Origin: Octopus vulgaris | Lineage: Eukaryota | Assembly (NCBI GenBank): GCA_951406725.2 | Contig: OX597831.1 | Coordinates: 7,564,001 to 7,628,000, forward strand | DNA length: 64,000 nucleotides | Reading direction: 5' to 3' | Part shown: piece after piece, positions 13,056 to 25,735 of the stretch | Layout of the letters: each line of letters begins with the position of its first letter | Position numbering within the stretch: position 1 is the first letter of the stretch | Notes under the pieces: model-generated | Databases searched by the model: none | Seen by the model: only the letters and a program-made list of their open reading frames with translations | Told to the model about the DNA's origin: nothing | Translations under genes and position numbers: made by a program

Positions 13056-14302
13056 GGGATCACTGGGATACAGTAGAATCACAAGAAGGCTAACTGTGAA
13101 GGCAAGCTATAAATGTGGCAAATGCAGTGGAACAATATAAAAGAACAATGTGGGGGTGGATTCTTTTAAAATGCTTGGCTGGCTCACTTGAAGTAGTTGA
13201 TAGCTTCTACTACCTGGGCAACACAATTATTTTGTTCATGTCAACAACTGCAATACACACACACACACACACATAATGTTGTTAAATCAGGAAGTGAATT
13301 GTCTTTAGTTCAACAGCAGCTGATGTAGTGAACAGTCCCTGAAGGCCTCCTTGTTGGTTAGTTCTGACATACCTGGTCCATAACTTAATATTCTATTGGA
13401 TTCTTAATTTTTAAAAATTAGGATTTCAATGCCTCAACAATTCCATTCTCTCCCTCACCAAATTCTTTCTCCTTTTGGCAGAAGCTTCTTTTGTACTTCA
13501 ACACAGTTTTGCCAGGAATAAAACCATAGCAACAAATGTTTTCAAATATTTTGTTCCTCAAATTTCCTTTTTAGTCTTAAAATGGACAAAAAAAAAATAG
13601 ACCCACATCATATTCTTTAGTTTAGCAATCATGGTAGTGATTTTGGGAATGGAATAAACAGTCAATATGTATTCTTATAAATCTAGCATTCAACATTTTC
13701 CAGCTGCGTTTTAAAGTGTTGCTGCTTTTAAACCAAATTTCCGACCCATCAACACGAACTGCTTCAGGGGAAATATTTTTCCAATCAAACGTTTGCAGTT
13801 TACATCATTGATTTCTCTTTCTTCAAGTTTAGATCGATTAACCAAAGCTAAAAGTAAAACTGCCAAAGGAATGGGGGTGATTTACACAAATTGACAGGGA
13901 AGGATTTTTTTTATCTTTCTTTGAAGGATTTCAGTTTTTTTTTTTTTTTACTCCATAGTTTAACACGTCCATCTCATCATTCTGAGACATTGTTTTTGTA
14001 CAAAGATTCCTTGTATTTGGAATATTTGTTTTGAGAAAATTTTACAGGTGAAAATGCTAGAGAACTTGAATCAAAAATCAATTTTTCACATCCCAACTCA
14101 ATTCAAGATTCCCATGTTAAGGATTTAGATTCCTTGTAAATCCCAGACAATACAAACTGGCAGAGTGAATTACGGTGCTGCAGAGATCTACCATTTCTTT
14201 TCTGAAGCAACAAATGAAATTTTTCAAATTCAATTAACTTATTTCTCATCAACTCATCAAAGCAAAATAATGCATGATTCAGCCCTGTAGCTCCTATCAA
14301 AC

Positions 14303-14513
14303 CTATTTCTTTACTACCCAGAAGGGGCTAAACACAGAGAGGACAAACGGATTATATCGACCCTAGTGCGTAACTGGTATTTATTTAATCGACCCCAAAA
14401 GGATGAAAGGCAAAGTCGACCTCAGCGGAATTTGGACTTAGAACGTAACGGCAGACGAAATACCGCTAAGCATTTCGCCCGGCATGCTAACGATTCTGCC
14501 AGCTCCCTGCCTT
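14303..14513 (-). mobile_element. SINE family A copy
   Basis: Homologous to 3817-4049. Confidence 0.9.
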
Positions 14514-14781
14514 AAAACCATCTAGCTCCGATCAAACCATCCAACCCATGCCAGCAGGAGAAACCAACATTAATGATGATGATGATTACCACAATGACAA
14601 GGAGGTCATTGGTGGAATGGCTGTGGCGTTTAGAAAGTTCTTTTGCCACCACATCGTTTTGGGTTCGCCCCCACAGCGTAACATCAAGAACATCAACTAT
14701 AACCTTTGGGCCAATCAATGCTTTTTGAGTGAATTTGGTAGGCGGAAACTGTGATGAAGCCCATTGTATATTTTATATACA

Positions 14782-15171
14782 TGTTGGTGAAAAATTCAGA
14801 GTGAGGTACTACGCAGTGGTAGATATAAAATAAGTAAAGAGGCTACATTTATTGAAAAATACAACCCAGAATTTAACATGAATATATAATGAACTTTACA
14901 AATAAACCAAAACCAGAAAAAAGATTTACCTCCCCTTAGCTAAGAAATATTATATCCACTGATTATCCCTTTAGCTAAAAAACATTATATTCATTGATTA
15001 TCCCCCTTGAGCTATACTCTCTTGTATAACAGCAAAACTATCATGCCTCCTTTGACACAAAATTAAATCAAAAACTTGTAATTTCATAACATTGAGTCAT
15101 GATTAGCAAAGCGAAACCGGTTGACTCTATACATATTGTAATAGGTTAAATTATCTTTATCTACTCAAACA
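14782..15171 (-). mobile_element. Possible solo LTR inserted into a family B SINE
   Basis: TGTT…AACA termini, ~390 bp, minus-strand AATAAA, and it splits SINE halves at 14620-14780 and 15175-15405. No clear TSD. Confidence 0.35.
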
Positions 15172-17567
15172 AGGTTTGTGTGCTTTTTCACCTTAAATCT
15201 TATTTTATAAGTGCATTTGCTTGTTTCCCTGCACTCACCACTTCACAATAGCTATTGGTTTGTTTACATCCTGTAACTGACAAATAGAATAAGTACCAGG
15301 CTTTAAAAGTAAGTGCTGATGTTGTTCTGTTCAAGTAAAACTGCTTAAGGCGGTGCCCCAGCATGGCTACAGACCAAAGTCTGAAACGAATGAAATGTAA
15401 AAGATGAATCACTGAGGCAACCAGATTTGAAAACATTGAGTGGATAAGAACTGTTTTTGCCCAGTTACCATTTTGTGGCGCCAAAAGAGAAATCAATTCT
15501 ACTGGTTCCTCACCATCGTTGTTTGATTCATATATTTTTATGTAAGATTCTCCTGGTAACTCTACCCAGCGGAATCTGGTATAAGTTTCTCTTAAAAAAA
15601 ATAGTCAATGGGAAATGATAATTCTTCAGCAATATGGAATTTTGCTAAATGAAGAGAATGGTAAATACATTTTATGAGAATTGAATTTAGATTCTCTAAT
15701 TCCATTAAAGTGCAAAGAGAATTATTAAAGCTACAAAACTTGAAGATCCATCTATTGTAAAAAGGGCGAAAATGTTTCTATTTATTTCCAGATGATGATG
15801 ATGAGGAGGAGGAGGAGGATGAGCTCAAAAACTTTGCCAAAAAGATTTTGGGATTGGATTCAACTCTAAAAACAAGCATCCAATTTTATTTTGCCATTTA
15901 TGATAATATTTAACAAACACATACAAATCATCATCATCGTCATCATTGTTTAAATATTCACTTTTCTATGTTTGTATGTATCAGATGGAATTTGGTTGAG
16001 GCAGATTTTCTGTGGCTGGATGCCCTTCCTGTCACTAACCCTTATCTATTTCCAAACAAAATGATATTTCCTCAAGGCCGGATATATGTTGGAAGATTGG
16101 AAATAAACGATGGGATTCTTTCAGTTTCTATCTGCCAAATCCATCCAAAAGACTATAGAAGGCACATTCCCAAGGTGCCACACAGTGGAACTGAACCTGG
16201 AACCATGCCATTGGGTAGCAAACTTCTAAACCACACATCCACATCTGTCCCTCAACCCACACCTTTCCAGAATCAAAAAGGACAGATTACTTTATCGCTT
16301 ATGCCTTCAATTTGTTTCTTCAGTAAAGCTGGAGCAATAATATTTTTCATAGAAATGCTGTTTATAATGAAGAAATTCCCTTCGTTAACAAAAGCTCTTT
16401 AATGATTCACATTAGAAACAGTTAAAGATCAAGCTACAAATTCTGCTAATTAGTTCTAATTTTGTTACTTTACTAATTAAAAGGGAAAAAAAAAACTGCT
16501 TTGATAGTTTCTCGCAAATTTTATTCCAGCAAAAGAAGCCCACTTTATTCAATCAGGTTTAGGGTCTTCTACTTCCAACGGGTCTTGCCCTGGTCCTCAC
16601 TCAATTTCACAACTGTGCATCCATTAGCTAGGATATCTACTTTTGATTGTTTCACTCACTGGACTGTGGCCATGCTGCAGCACCACCTTAAAGCATTTAG
16701 CCAATCAAACTGTTCCTAACAACTTATTCCTTTTTTAAGTATGGTACACACTCAATTGTTCTCTTTTGCTGAACCACTAAGTTACAGAGAAGTATCAGGT
16801 GGTGGGTGCAAGGGGGAGGACACACACACATGATATCTACAAAGCCTTAAGTCAGTCCAGGGCCATAGTAGAAGACACTTGCCCAAGGTGCCATACATAG
16901 GACTGAACCTGAAATCCCATGGTTGCAAAGCAAGCTTCTTCACCACATAGCCGTCCTTGCATCCCTGTGAAACATTTTATCATATTTTAGCCATTTGCTC
17001 TTTTCCGAAATGGTTAAGTTTTGGAATAATGAAGATTTGGTAAAAGAAATCATTTGTTCAGACTTCTACTACATGACTGATTAACTGTAGCTAATAACTT
17101 CTGGTTCACTTTATTATATCAAGAAGCCTCCATGTGACTGCTTGATATGCTAGAAATAGCTGTCAAATATCCTTCAATTCAATCCTTATCATTCTAAATA
17201 AAGAGGAAAAGGCTGAAAACATTGGATAATCCTGCTTAGGAGTTAGCAATTGTATAGATTTGTTAATAAATCTCTCTTTTTCTCCACAACTGGCAAAGAT
17301 TATCCCTAGAGGTAAAGTGTTACTAAACAATACCATCGACAGAACCTGCCTGTCAATGATTCAATCCAGAATTCAATAATTCTGTGAAATACATTAATTA
17401 ACTTTAATTATCAAAATATTTTGAGTTTGAAATTAATTTTATGCAATTTTGATATTTTGCATTGAATTTAGGATGAAAATATATACGATATTAACAAATA
17501 TATAATGATCGGTTAAGAGTGTGTGATGTAATAACAATTACATGGTGAAATCAGCAACAGCAGTAAG

Positions 17568-17916
17568 TGGAGGCGCAATGGCCCAATGGTTAGGGCAGCA
17601 GACTTGCAGTCGGAGGATCGCGGTTTCAATTCCCAGACCAGGCGTTGTGTGTTTACTGAGTGAAAACACTTAAAGCTCCGCGAGGCTCCGGCAGGGGGTG
17701 GTGGCGACCCCTACTGTACTCTTTCGCCCCAACTTTCTCTCACTCTTTCTTGTCCCTTACTTCCTACGCAAGCGCTGAGCCTGGATGCGCATTCATCCAT
17801 CCGTCGATGCTCTCGGTGTCAGGGGTTGACCTGCTTTCTCTTCTGCGGGTCTTGTGAATAGCAAAGGACCACGTTTCGGACTTCTCCCACTAAAGGGACG
17901 AAGACCATTCGCTCAA
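17568..17916 (+). mobile_element. tRNA-headed SINE family C with 16-bp TSD
   Basis: A box tggcccaatgg, B-box-like ggtttcaattcc, and cagcaacagcagtaag duplicated at 17552-17567 and 17917-17932. Confidence 0.9.
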
Positions 17917-18539
17917 CAGCAACAGCAGTAAGAACTGAAGAATTGGAGAAGGAATGAATATGCAGCACAATGGTACACAAGAGAGCCCTTGGGTGGGGCC
18001 TTGGAAAAGGAACTGCGAAACTTATATAACATTGTGTCTTAAATGAGAATAGCAATGATGATGATGATGATCATCATCATCGTTTAATGTCCGCTTTCCC
18101 TGCTAGCATGGGTTGGACGAATGACTGAGGGCTGACGAACCAAATGGCCGCACCAGGTTTCAATCTTGATCTGGCAGAGTTTCTACAGCTGGATGCCCTT
18201 CCTAACACCAATCACTCCGATGATGATGTCAGATAAGTTCAGTTAAACCCAGCAAGTGGCCTCAAAACGATCAAAACCCACTGAAATCCCTGCTTGCTTT
18301 AAATTGTCATTGTTTTGAGCCAAAGTTAAAAAATCTTCAAACTGTGTCTTATGAATGCGAGAGTTAATCTGTTCCAAGATCATCTGATTGTCAAAGATTT
18401 ATGTATTTGAAATGATGGCCTCATGGGCCCAGCCCTTATAAAACAGCAGATAAACTGGTATCAAAAATATTCTTTAATTTCATTCACTAACACACAAGTG
18501 GTTGGGTGCAAAAAAAGCTTTGGATTCACAACATCAATT

Positions 18540-18848
18540 GTGCTGGTGGCATGTGAAACATTCGAGCGAGGTTGTCGCCAGTGCCGCTGGACTAGCTCCT
18601 GTGCAGGTGGTACATAAAAGGCACCATTTGGGTGTGGCCATTGCCAGTACCACCAAACTGGCCATCATGCTGGTGGCACGTAAAAACACCCTCTACACTC
18701 TCGGAGTGGTTGGCATTAGGAAGGGCATCCAGCTGTAGAAACTCTGCCAGATCAGATTGGAGCCTGGTTCGCCAAACCTCAGTCAAATCGTCCAACCCAT
18801 GCTAGCATGGAAAGCAGACGTTAAATGATGATGATGATGATGATGATG
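18540..18848 (+). mobile_element. RTE 3'-end copy; an opposite-strand copy lies at ~18070-18220
   Basis: Matches the 3'UTR of 5020-6398 and ends in (GAT)n. Confidence 0.85.
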
Positions 18849-20122
18849 AATTGGCAGCTGTTGCAGATAATTATTGAAAGATAATAAACAAAGGAGGATC
18901 TCTGGTGTAATGTTACAAAGATTGAAGATTAGGGAGTCTCTAGTACTACAGACATGAGGTTAGAATGCCACAAGAAAGGATTCTAAGACAGATTCTTGAA
19001 GCTGAGCTGCCAACCAGCAGGAGACTGATGGTCAGATAATATCCCTAGTTTCAGCTGGAATCTCGAAGGGAAGTGTAATAATGGTTGTTGCTGATAGAAC
19101 TCTATGGACAGAGGTGACTTAGGTCTCTAAACCCCATGACCCTCCCAGGAATAATGGGCAACAATGGATGGATAGGCACATACTGGGATTTTGTCCTAAA
19201 CTTCCATACAGATTCATGATGGTATTACATAGCAACAAGTTTAAATCCATCATTTATAATTCCTTGATTACTCTGGTCGGAAACCATCTTTTGTTAGAAT
19301 TGACAAATATCAATTAAATGTTAATCTTTGTTCATAGATCTGGCTGAACCTGATCAATCAACTCAATATTCTGAGGCATTTCAGCTGTTACCACCTCATC
19401 ATATTTTTCAGGCATAGTACATAGCACCCACTACACTCTCAGGGTGGTTGGCGTTAGGAAGGGCATCCAGCTGTAGAAATATTGCCAGATCAAACTGGAG
19501 CCCGGTGCAGTATCCTGGCTTTCCAGACCCCAGTTGAACCATCCAACCCATGCCATCATGGAAAATGGACATTAAATGATGATGATGATCAAAAGGGTAT
19601 GATTTGTGGGGAATTTGGCTGCCATATCTAGCAGACTGAATAACCACCTCAAGATTCCATTGTTGGCTGAGCAATGCTGGATAGAATTGTGATGTCTGTT
19701 CCAATGTGTGCTGAAGTCAAAACAACTGAATTTAAATATTGCCTTGAGAGTTAATGTTGAAAACAAAAAAAATCAGAGAATGTCTGAAAAAAATTATGAA
19801 AGTTTCAGAATTGTAATAAAAAGATAATAAAAAGATGATAAATATAAACTGGAAAAGTTTAGGAGAAAATTTTTGTTTTTCCTTTTTTTCACAATGAATT
19901 ATTATAATCATGTTTTGAACATGCCATGCTTGAGAGAGGAGCTGCTATGTGTGTGTGTGTGTGTGCTTATATATATATAAATTAATATAAGCAGCAAGGT
20001 GCAATATAATACCATAAAAGAAAAATTTAATTGTCACTAAGTGTCGCTGCCAAAGCACCTATACTGCAAGAAATAGAGTTAAAAACTCTTAATGCTATAC
20101 ATACATACATACATATACACAC

Positions 20123-20176
<54 letters not shown>

Positions 20177-20432
20177 AAGGCGGCGAGCTGGCAAGAAATG
20201 TTAGCACGCCGGGCGAAATGCTTTCGTCTGCCGTTACGTTCTGGGTTCAAATTCCGCTGAGGTCGACTTTGCCTTTCATCCTTTCGGGGTCGATAAATTA
20301 AGTACCAGTTACGCACTGGGGTCGATGTAATCGACTTAATCCATTTGTCTGTCCTTGTTTGTCCCCTCTATGTTTGGCCCCTTGTGGGTATGCTAGCATG
20401 GAAAGCGGACGTTAAACGATGATGATGATGAT
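20177..20432 (+). mobile_element. SINE family A joined to an RTE 3' tail
   Basis: Family A body to 20390, then tgctagcatggaaagcggacgttaaacgatgatg. Confidence 0.8.
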
Positions 20433-20463
20433 ATATATTTGTATTTATGTGCCCATCTGGTAT

Positions 20464-20522
20464 ATTCAACTGATGAAGGCAGAGCTTATTTGAAGCAAAG
20501 CCAGAAATCCAGGATCTTGAAT
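20464..20522 (+). ncRNA. Minimal type I hammerhead ribozyme motif (Penelope-type), core intact
   Basis: Stem I ATTCAA/TTGAAT; CTGATGA 20470-20476; stem II GGC/GCC; GAAA 20504-20507; stem III ATCC-A-GGAT; AUC cleavage triplet. Confidence 0.65.
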
Positions 20523-21081
20523 TATCCAGTAAAATCTTTTTTCGTTAGTTTATTTTGTCTCTCTGTCTTATCACATGGCGCAATATGAACATTTAAGGTG
20601 GTTTTTAGGATCAGGGTTTTGATTGCTATTTTGGCATGGTGGTGTCTCTCAGATACCCTTATTAATAGTTTTAAATAATCATTACCTTTTTATGATATTT
20701 ATTCCCATGCTGGCCACTTGATAAGATCGATATTATCCTTATTTATAAATATAGATATATATACATGATGATGATGATTGCTTCATCTTGAGAGATGATA
20801 GCTGTCCCATCAACACACACACCTACCCCATCATACAGCACAATCCCTCCGTTGATGAGCCCTTAAATGACTTTTAAGACCAGCTGCTGACTGACAGGGT
20901 TTAAAACACAAGAGACAGATATTATTTAAGTATGTTGCATATCTTTGCCATTTGGAATCTGATTCTCAAGCAATTTTTTTGTGAACTAGCATGTCTATTT
21001 AAGTCCAGATAATGTCTTCTGTGCTAACACGGAAAACGGACGTTAAACGATGATGATGATGATGATATATATACACATATA

Positions 21082-21495
21082 AAGGTGGCGAGTTGGTAGA
21101 AACGTTAGCACGCCAGGCAAAATACGTAGCTGTATTTCGTCTGCCGCCACATTCTGAGTTCAAATTCCGCCGAGGTCGACTTTTCCTTTCATCCTTTCGG
21201 GTCGATAAATTAAGTACCAGTTATGCACTGGGGTCGATGTAATTGACTTAATCTGTTTGCCTGTCCTTGTTTGTCCCCTCTGCGTTCAGCCCTTGTTGGT
21301 AGTAAAGAAATAGGTATTTCGTCTGCGGTTACGTTCTGAGTTCAAATTCCGCCGAGGTCGACTTTGCCTTTCATCCTTTCAGGGTCGATAAATTAAGTAC
21401 CAGTTAAGCACTGGGATTGATATAATCGACTTAATCTGTTTGTCTGTCCTTGTTTGTCCCCTGTATTTAGCTCCTTGTTGGTAGTAAAGAGATAG
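21082..21495 (+). mobile_element. SINE family A tandem dimer
   Basis: A full copy is followed by a second copy that starts internally at gtatttcgtctg. Confidence 0.9.
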
Positions 21496-21689
21496 ATATA
21501 TATATATACACACATTGTGTGTATGTGAGTAAAGAGATAGATATATATATACACACATTGTGTGTATGTGAGTAAATGGATAGATTGATTGATAAACAGT
21601 TGTTCAAAAATCCATTATAGATCTTCAAGTAGTACAACTAAATGTTTTCTTTAAGAAACACACACACACACACAAACACATCTACCTGT

Positions 21690-22065
21690 GTTACATGTAC
21701 GACTCCACCATTATATTAGAACTTTATAGAATTGCAAGTTGGCAGTTCTCCAATAACTGTGATATTGATGAGACATTCAGGCTCTTGTTGTTAAGGGAAG
21801 CACCAAAGGACAGGAAATATATTTACATTACAAAATCTTCCAAAAACCAATCACCAGAAATATTGATAATGATCCGAGTGTTTTTAACTTTTTCGCTAAT
21901 GACAATGATGTGTGTCTTTATGCAACAGTTACAGGTTATAATGAGGATAATCAGAAAACGGTAAGCCCCACAACAATAGAGGAATATATAATTCGAAGAG
22001 ATGGAGACTTGGTCAATGTAAAATCACGTCTCACCAGGGCACAGCAGCCATTTACTTTATTCAAA
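21690..22065 (+). mobile_element. Old RTE RT remnant
   Basis: FANDNDVCL and IIRRDGDLVNVKSRLTRAQQPFTL resemble FADD and I..DG…DVK.RI.KA..AF..L. Confidence 0.5.
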
Positions 22066-23064
22066 AGACAGGCAAAGACATGGCTGTGTGGTAAGAAGCT
22101 TGCTTTTTCAACCAACCACATGGTTCTGGGTTCAGTTCTACTGCTTGACACCTTGGGCAAGTGTCTTCTGCTATAGCCTTGGGCCCACCAAAGCCTTGTG
22201 AGTGGATTTGGTAGACGGAAACTGAAAGAAACCAGGGCTACAGTAGAAGACACTTGTCCAAAGTGCTGCACAGTGAGATTGATCCAAGACCACAAGGTTG
22301 GGAAGCCATCCCTTTGCCTATTATGGACATAAAACCCTGAAAAACGCTTAGAAGCTAGTGTTTAGCTCTTGAGTCCCAGCTATGTAGCATCGTTATTTTA
22401 CATCTTCTCTCAATGGCTAGGATGGATAGAAGCAATCCTAACTGGGTCTTATTTGTAGTTACAACCCTCCTAGATGTGTTAGAGAGCCAGATCTCACTTG
22501 TACATTTGTCCTATGGCTGGGTGCCCTTCCTTCACACAGTATGTGGATTGGATGTATTTTATTGTAATACTAACACTAAAGAGGTTGTCATGTTATTGAC
22601 AAGACAAGAATAAAGAATTGTCTTGACTCCTTATCATTTCCTTAAACAGGCATCACAGAGAAATGATCTGCTCTGTTCCTGGAAGTCAGATGAACTGAGT
22701 CAGTGAAGAGTAAAATGGTAAGGTTGGTGCTGACATTTTTAATGGAGTGGACCAAGAAATTTTAATTCATTTGAATTATACTGTTGGGAGAAGAAAGGAG
22801 ATGACCCTAGAATTTTAATTAATTAGAGTTGAAAGTCAGTAATGGTGTGCTGAGTAAGTAGGACCTAGCAAATTGTGGGTTTGAACTTATTACCTCTATG
22901 TTGGCATTTCAATAGTTTATCCCCTTGACCAGTTCCTTCGTACCAATCTGTAAATCAACAACTAATATCATAACTCAGTAGATTTAAAAACCTTTGCGGT
23001 GACATTATAGAATGAACTCTCAAGGTTTGGTCACCAAATAAGTCATGGTCTCATATCCTAATAA

Positions 23065-23227
23065 TTTATTTTGAAAAATAATACTGTAAGCTCTTGTTTG
23101 TTTGTGTGTTTGTAAACACACACACACACACACACACACATCACACAAAAGACAAAAAATGTGATAGAAATCACCATCATGTCGATATCTAAAAATATCC
23201 AATAAATCATTAACAGGTGGATTTATT
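23065..23227 (-). promoter_or_regulatory. Candidate AATAAA polyadenylation signals for the COR-Death-TIR gene
   Basis: tttatt on the + strand at 23222-23227 and 23065-23070, about 60 and 215 nt after the stop. The hexamer is common in AT-rich DNA. Confidence 0.35.
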
Positions 23228-23283
23228 AGTGTGATATATAACAGGTGGATTAGAGACATTCAAACATAATTCTTAATACATTA

Positions 23284-23639
23284 TTATAATACATTACATA
23301 GACCACATCTCCAACGAGATGTCGCCCTGGCCACATTAGTTCTGGACAGAGTCCTTGCATGGTTGCTGTTATGCGTGGTCAATTGTTCGTTCATTTCTTG
23401 GTGAGGATTCAATGAACCTACATGATGTTCCTCATGTGTTGTTTCTAAAGATGGAGCGACTTCGTTAACTTCATTACTAGTTTGATTGGGTTTTACAGAA
23501 CTGGGAACAAATGATTTGGATTCTGTTGTACTTTTGCTATTCTCATCGTTAATAAAATAATGTGAAATTCGGTGGATAATCTCCTTGTATTTATCCGCCA
23601 AGTCAGCAGTCATACCTGAGCTTCCGTGTCCCCCAATAC
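23284..23639 (-). CDS. Terminal coding exon: GIGGHGSSGMTADLADKYKEIIHRISHYF…low-complexity…SRWRCGLCNVL* (CaaX)
   Basis: Acceptor cgttttgcag, phase 1, 356 nt to tandem TAA TAA. In frame with ORF 23284..23613. Confidence 0.85.
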
Positions 23640-24004
23640 CTGCAAAACGATGAAGATTATTGGTAAGTTAAAAGATAAATGCTAGACAAGATGGTTTGGG
23701 TCAGATTAACCAAGAAACAAGTTTAACAAATGCTCTGAGCCCTATACTTTCATCAATGATAATCAATGAATTTCAGAATCAATCGGTGATTGAACAGTAG
23801 GCCTGTTCTTCCCAACTGATCAGTTTGTGCTGCACAAGTATATGGAGTTCCATCAACAACAGATTGTTCCAGATATAGAAACAATTTCACAAAAATGTCA
23901 CAAAAATTCTGTACATCGAAGTTTGCCACTTGTTAAAACATATTTCTCAACTTTTATATCCTCCAAATATTTTAATTTAGATAAACTTGTTTATAGACAA
24001 ACGT

Positions 24005-24499
24005 GGGAAGACCAGGCAGGACAAGTGAGATCATAACCCGTGGCCTCTACCTGGGAAGTAGCCAGTCCACTTATGCATACCTTTCCTTCTTGTGACACAA
24101 ACCCTACTTGTGAAGACCTGTTGAGGCAAGTGAGAATCAAAATCGAAATCGATCAACATCAATGGAAATTGTAGCTGTAATACCAGTGCCGGTGGCACGT
24201 AAGAGAACCATCCGAACATGGCCGTTGCCAGCGCCACCCCGACTGGCCTCTGTGCCATTGGCACATAAAAAGCACCATCCGATCGTGGCCATTTGCCAGC
24301 CTCACCTGGCACCTGTGCAGGTGGCACATAAAAAGCACCCACTACACTCACGGAGTGGTTGGTGTTAGGAAGGGCATCCAGTTGTAGAAACACTGCCAGA
24401 TCAGACTGGGCCTGGTGCAGCCATCTGGTTCACTAGTCCTCAGTCAAATCGTCCAACCCATGCTAGCATGGAAAACGGACGTTAAACAATGATGATGAT
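24005..24499 (+). mobile_element. RTE 3'-end copy with full hairpin-repeat UTR
   Basis: Homologous to 5930-6398. Confidence 0.85.
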
Positions 24500-25300
24500 A
24501 TTTTAGAACTTGTTTATTTGTATTGACATTGTTTTTTTCTTTAATTTCTCCTCATCTCCTGGTCATCATGAAAACTATTGGCTCTCATCACAATGAGAAT
24601 TATCTGGATTGCTAAAATTACTGGTATCCTGGCTAAATTTGTTTCTTACTGGCAAAACATAGAAGCACTCAATTAAATATAGGAGACAAGTCATAGCTAC
24701 CAAAAGCAACATGTAAGGAAATTTATCTAATTCGATCCGATATGGTGGATCACATTCTCTGTGAAATGAAGAAACATAAATATCATTGTTTACAGGCAAC
24801 ACAAGTAGTATTTCGTGAAGACAACTGTCTGTGAATCATACTTTATGGAAATAGGCTGTGGATAGGCAAATTAACTGCAGTGTTCATCCAGAGATAACAT
24901 CACTTATGGACAGACAGAGTTTAAAAACAAATATTTTAATCTAATACTGCTCTTGTTACACATAACAAACTTTTATTTGGCTGAGTGGCTAAATGCAACA
25001 TCAGTAATTCTTTAATCCCTGTTTTCTTATATCAGTGATGTCAGATTTTGTCTTAGGTTGCGGTCAACAGTTGGTACATTCTACTAACCAAATCCAAAAC
25101 AGGCAGGAATGCACATTTACCATTCTCACTGCCACTGCTGGGCATGTTTTGTCTACTACTGATATAGATTTGCTTTTATGAAGAACATGTCCGTAAAAGA
25201 TATCATATCCTAACAAATGCTGCAGTTAATTTGCCTTTCAACTATGTACATGCATTAAGATATACAGACAGCTAAATATCATTCTCTTTCATTGGTTTCT

Positions 25301-25670
25301 CATCATCATCATTGTTTAACATCCGCTTTCCATGCTAGCATGGGTTGGATGAATGTGAGGGCTGGTGAACCAGATGGCTGCACCAGGCTTCAATCTTGAT
25401 CTGGCAGAGTTTCTACAGCTGGATGCCCTTCATAACGCCAACCACTCCGAGAGTGTAGTGGGTGCTTTTACGTGCCAGTCAGGCAGTACTGGCAACGACC
25501 TCGCTCAAATCTTTTACACATGCCACCGGCACAGGTGCCAGTAATTTCGATGCTGGTAACGATCACACTCGAATGGTGCCTTTTAAGTGCCACTGGCACG
25601 GAAGCCGGTTAGCCACACTTGTATGGTGCTCTTTGCACCCTGCTAGCACAGACACCATTCATCGAATTTG
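25301..25670 (-). mobile_element. RTE 3'-end copy
   Basis: (CAT)n tail followed by the reverse complement of the UTR. Confidence 0.85.
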
Positions 25671-25735
25671 ACTTGGGGTCACTAGACTTTGCCGCCACCA
25701 AATTATAAACCATATTAATTGTTTATTAAACTAAC

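Noticed and set aside
17568-17645. tRNA-like sequences with A and B boxes (all SINE heads)
   Set aside because: No complete cloverleaf; each continues into a SINE body and tail.
24031-24393. Recurrent FLQLDALPNANH ORFs
   Set aside because: Antisense reading of the RTE 3'UTR repeat.
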